64,000 bases of DNA from NCBI GenBank assembly GCA_028705995.1, contig JAQWCH010000001.1, positions 4,166 through 68,165 of the forward strand. The letters are read 5' to 3'. The first letter of the stretch is position 1. The number at the start of each line of letters is the position of its first letter. Source of the DNA: Bacilli bacterium. Its GTDB lineage: Bacteria > Bacillota_I > Bacilli_A > RFN20 > CAG-826. Shown here in pieces: positions 47,491 through 56,220 of the stretch. The notes below the pieces were generated by a model. The model made no database searches. It worked only from the letters and a program-made list of their open reading frames with translations, and was not told the origin of the DNA. The translations under genes were made by a program, and so were the position numbers.

Positions 47491-48120
47491 ATGTTTGAAG
47501 AAGAATTTGTTGCGCTTCCACGCAGCGAACAGGACCAATTTGCCACGGTTGTTAACAGTTTATTATCAAAATCGTTTATCGTGCGGGATTTATTTGATCG
47601 GCGTGAAAAAACGATGAAAATCAATCCACAATTTCGGTTTTTAGAACGCTATTACGATTTAGTTAATAGCTACCTTTCGTTTGCTGGTTGGGAGATGGAA
47701 AAAGATTTAATCAATGGAGTTTTTTCATTGCGAAATACGTATGATCAAAATCGCTATCGTCTTGACCGTGAAGTATCATTAATTGCTTTTGTTTTACGCC
47801 TAATTTATGAAAGCGAAAAAAGTGAAAGCAATCAAACAGGTGAATCAATTTATGTGACGACGCCAACGGTTTTAAAAGTAATGCTCGATCGTGGTATATC
47901 ACTTCCGGGAAAACGTCTTTCAGGACGCTTGATTGGTAAATCCTTACGGGCGCTCAGTGTTTTTAATATCATCGCTCGCGTCAGTGGATCATTTGATGAA
48001 GGCAATGTGGCATTTTATATCACACCAGCGATTATTTACGCAGTCGATAACGACAAAATAGCGGCGATGTCGAATGCTCTCGATGAACTTGCTGCACGTG
48101 AAGGAGGTTCGCAAGAATGA
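47491..48120 (+). CDS. jetB: JetB/MksE-like (KITE, DUF4194-type) subunit
   Basis: 209 aa, starting 2 nt after the jetA-like stop. The pattern FRFLERYYDLVNSYLSFAGWEMEKDLINGVFSLRN resembles the DUF4194 family as I recall it. Confidence 0.5.
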   Translation: MFEEEFVALPRSEQDQFATVVNSLLSKSFIVRDLFDRREKTMKINPQFRFLERYYDLVNSYLSFAGWEMEKDLINGVFSLRNTYDQNRYRLDREVSLIAFVLRLIYESEKSESNQTGESIYVTTPTVLKVMLDRGISLPGKRLSGRLIGKSLRALSVFNIIARVSGSFDEGNVAFYITPAIIYAVDNDKIAAMSNALDELAAREGGSQE

Positions 48121-51100
48121 AACTACTGAAACGGGCGAAAGTAATCAATTGGCATTACTTTTGGAATGAAACAATCGATTTTGAACAAATCGTCTTTTTA
48201 ACTGGTCTGAACGCCTCGGGTAAATCAACGCTGATTGATGCGATGCAAGTCATCCTCTTAGGCGATACAAGCGGACGTTTCTTTAATAAAGCAGCGATGG
48301 ATAAATCAAACCGCACTTTAAGAGGATATTTACGCGGCGAACTCGGTGACAATGTCGAAGGCGGTTTTCATTATTTACGCAATGGACGCTTTACTTCCTA
48401 TATTGCATTAGAGTTTGCTGATCAAAAGTCATTAGAAACATTTACTGTTGGGTGCGTGTTTGATGTTTACGAAGATGGCAGTGAAGAACATCGGTTTTTT
48501 GCCCTAGACTTTGCCATTCCAGAAAATGAATTTATTACGAATAAAATCCCAATGGATTATAAAACACTCGTCGCCTATCTAAATGATACAAATAATGGAA
48601 AATTCACATTTTTTGACTCCAATCGGCAATATCAAGACTATATTAAGCGCCGCTTTGGTGGCCTCAAAGATAAGTATTTTTCCTTGTTGAAGAAGTCAAT
48701 TTCTTTCACACCAATTACCGATATCACAACATTCATTACCGAATATGTTTGTGACCCACAAACAAATATTGACATCGTCCCGATGCAAGATAATATTTTG
48801 CAATATAAAAAATTAGAAAATGAAGCCTTAATTATGAAGGCAAGAGTCGAACGACTCGAAGAAATTTCGCACACGTATAAAATGTTTGAACAACAACGTG
48901 AAGAGATGCAAATTTCATCTTATCAAATTGAAAAAGCTGGTTATTATAACGATAAAAAACGCCTAGATTCATACTATGAACAAATTACTACGGCAAAACG
49001 TCGCCTAATTGATATTGATGTCGATTTAGCAGAAACTGATAAGATGATTGCTGACCTTCAACGCAAAAAAACACGCTATATTCAAGATAAAGCGAACTCC
49101 GATACCTATCGTTTAACCGATGAATTAACTGAGCAAAAACTTGAGGCGGAGAAACGCAAACAAGAATTAACCGCACAAAGTGCACTTGTAGTAAATAATT
49201 TAAATGGCTACCTAGCTAATTTTATCGCTGTTGCGCAAGGCTTAATTGATACGCTTGATGATTTTAACGCTGAGCGCTTAGAAAATGATCAACGTGATGA
49301 ACTGCGCTTGTTAAAAGATAGCGCATTACAAGTACTTAATTTATCAATTAAATTACGTGATCAATATCTTGACCAAATTGAACTACTCGCTGCGGAAGAT
49401 TTGCTCTCTTGGCGTGAAGCATTATCGCTTTTCCAACAACGGATTGCGGCTTTAAGTTTAAGCATTGGGCGTAATGTGACAACACTCGAACAAAAACTAG
49501 CCATGCTCAAACAACAAGAAGTCGATATGCATAGTGGCGGTAAATCTTATGAATGGGCGCTTTCGTCAATCAAAAGAAGTCTTCAAGATGAATTAACAAG
49601 GCGCCACGGCGAAGAAATACCCGTGATGATTTTTGCTGATTTATGTGACATTAAATCACCGAAGTGGGCAAATGCGATTGAAGGTTATTTGTACAATCAA
49701 AAATTTAATTTATTTGTCGAATCCGCTTATTATATGGAAGCTTATAACATTTTGCGGGATTTACTCGATAAAAATCACTATTATGGGACTACGCTGATTG
49801 ACCAAGACCGCATTATCGAACGCAACTTCGAAGCGGATGCTCAATCACTCGCAGAAGAAATCATTACTGACCATCCTGGGGCCCGGGCTTATGCTAATTA
49901 CCTAATTGGCCGACTTCGTAAATGTCAAAATCTCAATGAAGCCCGTAGCTCTGGTAACGGAATTACCGCTGATGGTGATTTATATCGCAATTTTGGCTTT
50001 GGTAAAATTAATCCACGCCTTTACCGCGAGCACATCATTGGCCGTTCGATCGGTCAAGATCAAATTGTTGCTAAACAAGCCGAAATCGCTTTAAATCAAC
50101 AATTACTGACAACATTCCGCACTTTAAATAGCAAAATCAATGATGCTGGGCGCTTAGAAATTATCAATACCAATGAAATTAATAGCATTGTCAATATTCT
50201 TGATAGTCTTAAAGCTCTACCAGGTTTGGAAAAAACAATTGATTATTTAACAAGCGAACTATCTAAACACGATTTAACACAACTCGAATCTTTACAAAAA
50301 CGGATTGATGCGATTGATGAAGATTTGCTTGATTTAGAAAAAGAACGCGCTGGCTATTTCGAGGAAAAAGGACGGCTCAATACACAGATGAATAATCTCA
50401 TTAATGAGCGGATTCCGGAAGTTGAAAAAGCATGTAATACACGGCTTAAAACACTTGAAGAACACTATGATGTATTTCTTGTTAATGAAAAAGCTGAACC
50501 ATTATTTGAAAAGCAAGTGCAAGAAGGTAAGACACCACTGGATATTATTGCTGAATATAATTTAGCATTTTCACATGCGCAATATCTTGTGAATAATCTC
50601 TACTCGCAATTGGTCAAATTACGTAAAGATTACGTGCGTGATTACCGCCTCACTTATGAAACAGATTTAAATGATAACATCCTTTATCAAGCTGAACTCA
50701 ATGACATTCGTGAAGTCCAACTCCCATTATATGAAGGGAAAATTCATGATGCATATGAAAAGGCGATTACCCAATTTAAAAATGATTTTATTGCCAAGTT
50801 ACGTGGGGCAATCGAAACGGTCGAAGATCAAATTGAAGAACTCAATCACGCATTAGGAGCATCGACGTTTGGTAACGATTCCTATCAATTTACCGTGCGT
50901 CCTTCGGCGACATATCGCGCTTACTATGACATGATTACCGATGATCTTTTGCTCGAAATTGATCAAGATGAAACGGCTTTTCTCGCCAAGTATGATCAGG
51001 TGATGAAAGACCTTTTTGCCCAAATTGCTTTAGCCGGTGATAAAGAAAATAATGCTGCAGTTTTAGCCAATGTGGAAAAATTTACTGATTATCGTAATTA

Positions 51101-51494
51101 CTTAGATTTTGATCTTGTTGTGAAAGATAAAGCTGGTAATGAACAACGACTCTCAAAGATGATCAAAAAGAAATCCGGTGGTGAAACACAAACCCCATTC
51201 TATATTTCCGTGCTTGCTTCCTTTGCTCAACTTTACCACGTACAAGATAGTGGTGAACTCAGCAATACGATACGTTTAATTATCTTTGATGAAGCGTTCT
51301 CCAAAATGGATAGTGGTCGGATTCGTGAATCGATTCGCTTATTACGTAAATTCGGCTTACAGGCCATCGTTAGTGCGCCATCAGACAAAGTAGCCGATAT
51401 CTCTGCCCTCGTTGATGAAACGCTTGTTGTCCTTCGTGGCAAAAACGCTTCGCACGTTCGCCTTTATGCCGAAGAAGAAAAAATTAGCGCTTAA
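48117..51494 (+). CDS. jetC: JetC/MksB-like SMC-family ATPase
   Basis: ATGA overlap with the upstream gene. MukB-like N-terminus VINWHYFW...LTGLNASGKST (Walker A at nt 48204-48230), about 800 aa of charged coiled-coil-type sequence, C-terminal SGGETQ signature and LIIFDEAF Walker B. Confidence 0.75.
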   Translation: MKLLKRAKVINWHYFWNETIDFEQIVFLTGLNASGKSTLIDAMQVILLGDTSGRFFNKAAMDKSNRTLRGYLRGELGDNVEGGFHYLRNGRFTSYIALEFADQKSLETFTVGCVFDVYEDGSEEHRFFALDFAIPENEFITNKIPMDYKTLVAYLNDTNNGKFTFFDSNRQYQDYIKRRFGGLKDKYFSLLKKSISFTPITDITTFITEYVCDPQTNIDIVPMQDNILQYKKLENEALIMKARVERLEEISHTYKMFEQQREEMQISSYQIEKAGYYNDKKRLDSYYEQITTAKRRLIDIDVDLAETDKMIADLQRKKTRYIQDKANSDTYRLTDELTEQKLEAEKRKQELTAQSALVVNNLNGYLANFIAVAQGLIDTLDDFNAERLENDQRDELRLLKDSALQVLNLSIKLRDQYLDQIELLAAEDLLSWREALSLFQQRIAALSLSIGRNVTTLEQKLAMLKQQEVDMHSGGKSYEWALSSIKRSLQDELTRRHGEEIPVMIFADLCDIKSPKWANAIEGYLYNQKFNLFVESAYYMEAYNILRDLLDKNHYYGTTLIDQDRIIERNFEADAQSLAEEIITDHPGARAYANYLIGRLRKCQNLNEARSSGNGITADGDLYRNFGFGKINPRLYREHIIGRSIGQDQIVAKQAEIALNQQLLTTFRTLNSKINDAGRLEIINTNEINSIVNILDSLKALPGLEKTIDYLTSELSKHDLTQLESLQKRIDAIDEDLLDLEKERAGYFEEKGRLNTQMNNLINERIPEVEKACNTRLKTLEEHYDVFLVNEKAEPLFEKQVQEGKTPLDIIAEYNLAFSHAQYLVNNLYSQLVKLRKDYVRDYRLTYETDLNDNILYQAELNDIREVQLPLYEGKIHDAYEKAITQFKNDFIAKLRGAIETVEDQIEELNHALGASTFGNDSYQFTVRPSATYRAYYDMITDDLLLEIDQDETAFLAKYDQVMKDLFAQIALAGDKENNAAVLANVEKFTDYRNYLDFDLVVKDKAGNEQRLSKMIKKKSGGETQTPFYISVLASFAQLYHVQDSGELSNTIRLIIFDEAFSKMDSGRIRESIRLLRKFGLQAIVSAPSDKVADISALVDETLVVLRGKNASHVRLYAEEEKISA

Positions 51495-51499
51495 TTTTT

Positions 51500-51522
51500 A
51501 GACCACTATGTGGTCTTTTTTT
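51500..51522 (+). terminator. Intrinsic terminator immediately after the jetC-like gene
   Basis: AGACCAC-TAT-GTGGTCT hairpin followed by a 7-nt T-run, starting 6 nt after the stop codon. Confidence 0.85.
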
Positions 51523-51597
51523 ATCACTTAGAAACAAGTACAATAGTAGTGCACGATGTTTAACAATTTAATGAATAATACTGCATAGGAGGCAACT

Positions 51598-52734
51598 ATG
51601 GCGAATGAGAATGAAGTTGTAGCGATGCTTTTGGCCGGTGGCAAAGGCACAAGACTGAAAGACTTAACAAAAAAGAGTGCGAAACCCGGTGTCCCCTTTG
51701 GTGGTAAATACCGCATTATCGATTTTCCGATGTCCAACATCGCCAATTCTGATATTAACATTGTTGGTGTCATGACACAGTATGAATCGACATTTCTTAA
51801 CTCCTATATTGGTAATGGTGATAAATGGGGACTCAATGGCGTACGCGCGTTAACAGCGACACTAACACCACGGCAAACCGAACAAGGCTCCAATTGGTAT
51901 AACGGTACGGCCGATGCGATTTATCAAAATATTGATTTTCTCGATGAACAAAATCCGCGTTATGTTTTAATTCTTTCCGGAGATCACATTTATAAGATGG
52001 ATTATCGGAAAATGCTTTCTAGTCACATTAAGGCGGAAGCGGATTTAACGATAGCTGTTATCGATGTCTCACTTAAAGAAGCCAGTCGCTTTGGTATTTT
52101 AAAGACTGATGAAAATGGCGATGTAACCGCCTTTATTGAAAAGCCGAAGAACCCGCCATCAACGCTTGCTTCAATGGGAATTTATATCTTTAATTATGAT
52201 GTGCTGCGGCGCGAACTCATTAAAGATGCGAAAAATCCACAATCAAACCGCGACTTTGGTCAAGACATCATCCCCGAAATGTTGAGAAATCAAAATAAAA
52301 TCCATGCTTATACTTTCCAAGGTTATTGGAAAGATGTTGGTACAGTCAACTCGTTATGGGAAGCGAATATGGATTTACTGGCGAGTGGACTCGATTCGGA
52401 AATATACCGCGATCTAGATGGGCTAACCATTTATACAGAAGACACAAAGTCAGTGCCACAATACATTGGAAAAAACGCCAAAGTGATTGATTCAATTGTT
52501 AACCAAGGTGCGATTATTCTTGGTGAAGTTTATCATTCAATTATTTCCAATGAAGTTTTTATTGCCGAAGACGCTACTGTAAGTGATTCGGTAATCATGC
52601 CGAATGTAATTATTCCAGAGGCAGCAACAATTGAATATGCGATTATTGATAGTGAAGCCGTTCTCCACACCGGTGCTAGTTATATCGGTACCGCTGATAA
52701 TATTCTTTTAATTCATGGAAAGGATGGTTTTTAA
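51598..52734 (+). CDS. glgC: Glucose-1-phosphate adenylyltransferase
   Basis: LAGGKGTRL motif, FGGKYRIIDF, 378 aa, AGGAGG RBS. Confidence 0.95.
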   Translation: MANENEVVAMLLAGGKGTRLKDLTKKSAKPGVPFGGKYRIIDFPMSNIANSDINIVGVMTQYESTFLNSYIGNGDKWGLNGVRALTATLTPRQTEQGSNWYNGTADAIYQNIDFLDEQNPRYVLILSGDHIYKMDYRKMLSSHIKAEADLTIAVIDVSLKEASRFGILKTDENGDVTAFIEKPKNPPSTLASMGIYIFNYDVLRRELIKDAKNPQSNRDFGQDIIPEMLRNQNKIHAYTFQGYWKDVGTVNSLWEANMDLLASGLDSEIYRDLDGLTIYTEDTKSVPQYIGKNAKVIDSIVNQGAIILGEVYHSIISNEVFIAEDATVSDSVIMPNVIIPEAATIEYAIIDSEAVLHTGASYIGTADNILLIHGKDGF

Positions 52735-52736
52735 AT

Positions 52737-53858
52737 ATGGATTATCAAAAAGTAATTGGTTTTCTCAACCTCCATCATTCACCATCACTTGGTCCGTTAA
52801 CCGCTGATCGTCCACTCGCATCAACATCATTTCTTGGTCGATATGCTTTTATGGACTTTACTCTTTCAAATTTTACCAATTCCCGGATTGATGAAGTTGG
52901 TATATTAATTCAAACAAAACCCCGTTCAATTCTTAAACATCTTGGATCAAATAATACGTGGAACACGAACACGAAGACGGGTTTTGAAATTATAATGTAT
53001 AACGAAGAAGCAATTGGCAATAAACGTTATAACAACGATTTTGCTAACATTCGTGCAAATGATTGGGTGCTGAAACGCTCGGATGCTGATTATGTTATTG
53101 TGGCGCCGGCACATTTTATTATGGCAATTGATTATCGGGAAGTTTTAGCTCAACATATTGCTTCGCATGCGCAAATCACTTTAGTTTATACTCCGGCGAC
53201 GAATGCCCGTAATCATTTTATTGGTTCCGATGTTTTGACGCTTAATGAAGAAAAACTTGTTAGTGAAATTCGCCCCAATAAAGGGACAGTGAATAAAGCA
53301 AATATTTCGCTCGAAACATATGTGATTAATCGGGCAAAATTTATTGAATTAATGGAGAAGGCCGCGACTATTTCATCATTTTTCTGTCTCCATGATATTG
53401 TTTCTTATACGTGTGGAACAACCGAACGTGTTAATACTTATGCCTATCATGGTTATGTCCGCTGTTTTGATAGTCTAGAACATTATGTCGAATATTCGAT
53501 GGAACTACTTGATTATTCAAATCGGGCAAAACTTTTTAGAGCAGATTGGCCAATTTATACGGTCACCCACGATACACCACCAACACGCTATTTACCAGAA
53601 GCTAATGTCCGTAATAGTTTTATTGCTAATGGTGCTCATATTCAAGGAAATGTCCGCAATTCGATTATTTCCCGTGGTGTTGTAGTCGGCGCTAACAGCA
53701 AGGTGAGCAACGCGATAATATTATCTTCGACTGTGATTGGGGAGAATATTGAAATTGATCATGTGATTATTGATAAATACTGTAAAATTCGTCATGCAAA
53801 ATCGCTTAAAGGCGAGAAAGGTAAGCCACTTTACATCAAACAAGGAGATCAAATTTAA
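52737..53858 (+). CDS. glgD: Glucose-1-phosphate adenylyltransferase regulatory subunit GlgD
   Basis: GlgC paralog lacking the GGxGxRL motif, positioned between glgC and glgA as in Firmicutes. Confidence 0.85.
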   Translation: MDYQKVIGFLNLHHSPSLGPLTADRPLASTSFLGRYAFMDFTLSNFTNSRIDEVGILIQTKPRSILKHLGSNNTWNTNTKTGFEIIMYNEEAIGNKRYNNDFANIRANDWVLKRSDADYVIVAPAHFIMAIDYREVLAQHIASHAQITLVYTPATNARNHFIGSDVLTLNEEKLVSEIRPNKGTVNKANISLETYVINRAKFIELMEKAATISSFFCLHDIVSYTCGTTERVNTYAYHGYVRCFDSLEHYVEYSMELLDYSNRAKLFRADWPIYTVTHDTPPTRYLPEANVRNSFIANGAHIQGNVRNSIISRGVVVGANSKVSNAIILSSTVIGENIEIDHVIIDKYCKIRHAKSLKGEKGKPLYIKQGDQI

Positions 53859-55306
53859 TGCGCATATTAATGGTGGCAAGTGAAGTCAATCCATTTGTGA
53901 AAACTGGTGGTTTGGCCGATGTCGTCTATGCCCTTAGCAAAGAAGAAGCCATCTTACATCATGAAGTAAGTGTTGTTTTACCGCTTTATAATTTGATTCA
54001 AAATAAAAAGCAATTTCCAATGCGGCAAATTGCAAGTTTTGACGTTCATCTTAGTTGGCGTCGCCAAATTGCGACTATTTTCCAAACTTTTGTTGATGGG
54101 ATTACCTACTATTTCATTGGTAATGATTTCTATTTTAATCGTGAAGGAATTTATGGTTATCAAGATGACATTGAACGCTTCGCCTTTTTTAATCGCGCAA
54201 CACTTGCCTTAATAAATTTTTTAAACAAACCATTTGATATTATTCATGCTCATGACTGGCAAGCGGGTATGCTTCCCGTATTAGTGCGGGAAAATGAGCG
54301 GGAAAATTCATTATTTACCGGAACAAAATTTGTTTTAACAATTCATAATCCGGCTTTCCAAGGAATGTTTGATCCTAATCTATTGCCGGATTTATTTGAA
54401 TTGAGTTTTGATTTATATGAAAATGGCGCTGTCCGTTTTCATCAACAAGCGTCTAGTCTTAAAGCAGCAATCATTTACTGTGATAAAATCACCACTGTTT
54501 CACCAACCCATGCCATAGAGCTATTAACGCCAGAAGGCTCAAAAGGCTTAGATGCTGTGATTAATTATCGGAAAGATGATTTTATTGGCATTCTTAACGG
54601 GATTGATTATGCCGAGTTTAGTCCGGAAACAGATTATTTAATTGCGAAAAACTTTTCCTCCAAAAATTATATTAGTGGAAAAAAAGCCTGCAAAGTTGAT
54701 TTACTCAAACACCTTGGTTTACCAAGCGAAAGCGAACAACCGGTTTTTGGTTTAGTTAGTCGTCTAACATGGCAAAAAGGGCTTGAACTTTACCTCCCAG
54801 GAATGGAAATGCTCCTCCAACGTGGTTCGATTGTTATTGCCCTAGGTAGCGGGGAGTATCAATACGAACAAGCACTCGAAAACCTGCGGGCAACCTATCC
54901 AAATCAAGTTGGAATTTATATTGGTTATAATCATGAACTCGCCCATAAAATCTATGCTGGTAGCGACTTTTTCGTAATGCCATCTTTATTCGAACCATGT
55001 GGGTCCGGTCAAATGATTGCCCAACGCTATGCAACACTACCAATTGTGCGTTTAACCGGTGGTTTAAAAGATTCGGTTGTGATTTATGATGGACAAAATG
55101 CTAAACAGGCGAATGGCTTCGGATTCGAAGAATTTCAGCCTTATTGGATGAACTTAACACTCGATTATGCGCATCGCATTTATCGCAATAAACCGGTATT
55201 ACGCCAACTAATGCGCAATGCGTTAAAAGTTGATAATACTTGGCTTCGCTCGGCAACAAAATATCTTGAATTATATGAATCTGCCCTTGGAGGTAAAAAA
55301 TTATGA
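53858..55306 (+). CDS. glgA: Glycogen synthase (ADP-glucose type)
   Basis: MRILMVASEVNPFVKTGGLADV N-terminus, 482 aa. Confidence 0.95.
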   Translation: MRILMVASEVNPFVKTGGLADVVYALSKEEAILHHEVSVVLPLYNLIQNKKQFPMRQIASFDVHLSWRRQIATIFQTFVDGITYYFIGNDFYFNREGIYGYQDDIERFAFFNRATLALINFLNKPFDIIHAHDWQAGMLPVLVRENERENSLFTGTKFVLTIHNPAFQGMFDPNLLPDLFELSFDLYENGAVRFHQQASSLKAAIIYCDKITTVSPTHAIELLTPEGSKGLDAVINYRKDDFIGILNGIDYAEFSPETDYLIAKNFSSKNYISGKKACKVDLLKHLGLPSESEQPVFGLVSRLTWQKGLELYLPGMEMLLQRGSIVIALGSGEYQYEQALENLRATYPNQVGIYIGYNHELAHKIYAGSDFFVMPSLFEPCGSGQMIAQRYATLPIVRLTGGLKDSVVIYDGQNAKQANGFGFEEFQPYWMNLTLDYAHRIYRNKPVLRQLMRNALKVDNTWLRSATKYLELYESALGGKKL

Positions 55307-55971
55307 TTACTTTCAATCCTCTTTATTTACTCGCCTTAATCCCATTTGTCGTAGCCAGCGTCCTCCATTTGATATTTGCATTTCGAGGAAAAGATGGAGC
55401 GCGTGCAATTACTAAATTAATATTAATTCCGGCCTTAAGTATTTATCCGATTGTTGTTGACCGTTCCGCCACTACATTAATCTTAGCCTTATTATTTGCT
55501 TATATGGGCGATATATTTATGATTTATAAAGATAATCGCAAATCACTTTTAGCGGGTTTTATTACTTTTGCCCTCGCGCATATCGGCTATATCACGATTT
55601 TATTATTAAAAATCGGTATTGATAAACTTCCGTCATACCCGTGGATTATTGGTGCCCTCGTGCTGTTATTAGGTGGCAGTTTCTTATTTATTCAACTACT
55701 ATTTAAAAATAAAGCAGGGGCTTTTAAATATGTGATGGTCGCCTATTCATTTTTATTGGTTGCCGAACTTGTCATTGCTGGCTATGGGATGATTCTTGCT
55801 CCAAGTGTCTGGTCAATTTTAATCTTATTTGGCATCATCCTCTTTATCAGTAGCGATACCTATCTTGGTATTACAATCTTTCTTAAACCAAATAAACTCG
55901 ATAATTTTTATGTGATGATTCTATATTTAGCTGCTCAACTAGTAATTGTGATGAGTTTATTACATTATTAA
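55303..55971 (+). CDS. YhhN family (lysoplasmalogenase-like) membrane protein
   Basis: 222 aa with about 8 TM helices. Conserved-looking K..L.P, MGDIF and SD..L positions as in the YhhN family. ATGA overlap with the glgA stop. Confidence 0.6.
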   Translation: MITFNPLYLLALIPFVVASVLHLIFAFRGKDGARAITKLILIPALSIYPIVVDRSATTLILALLFAYMGDIFMIYKDNRKSLLAGFITFALAHIGYITILLLKIGIDKLPSYPWIIGALVLLLGGSFLFIQLLFKNKAGAFKYVMVAYSFLLVAELVIAGYGMILAPSVWSILILFGIILFISSDTYLGITIFLKPNKLDNFYVMILYLAAQLVIVMSLLHY

Positions 55972-56003
55972 GGCGGACTTTTATTAATAATTAATTTAAT
56001 ATG

Positions 56004-56012
56004 TGCTACAAT
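56004..56012 (+). promoter_or_regulatory. Extended -10 (TGCTACAAT) of the leuS leader promoter
   Basis: Read directly from the sequence, about 200 nt upstream of the leuS ATG. Confidence 0.5.
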
Positions 56013-56019
56013 AACAATG

Positions 56020-56205
56020 AATTTAGGCACTAACGAAGAACTTTTTCTTAATAGCGACTACCGAAGGTGAAAGGGTAGAAGAAAATACTTCGATCTCCGC
56101 CACAAACAAATTCTGTCCTGCGCATTAAGCAGATAATGAGTGTCAAACAAATGACAAATTAAGGTGGTACCGCGGCAAAGTCGCCCTTATGTATCACTTT
56201 TTTAT
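56020..56205 (+). promoter_or_regulatory. T-box leader (tRNA-sensing riboswitch) of leuS
   Basis: Conserved T-box core AAUUAAGGUGGUACCGCGG at 56157-56176 and a U-run at 56198-56203. An aminoacyl-tRNA synthetase gene lies downstream. Candidate Leu specifier CUU at 56088-56090. Confidence 0.8.
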
Positions 56206-56220
56206 TTGGAGGAATTAACT

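Noticed and set aside
56164-56220. A 19-codon upstream extension of the leuS ORF ([19 protein letters not shown]).
   Set aside because: It covers the conserved T-box core and U-run. The GGAGGA RBS and homology ([13 protein letters not shown]) place the start at 56221.
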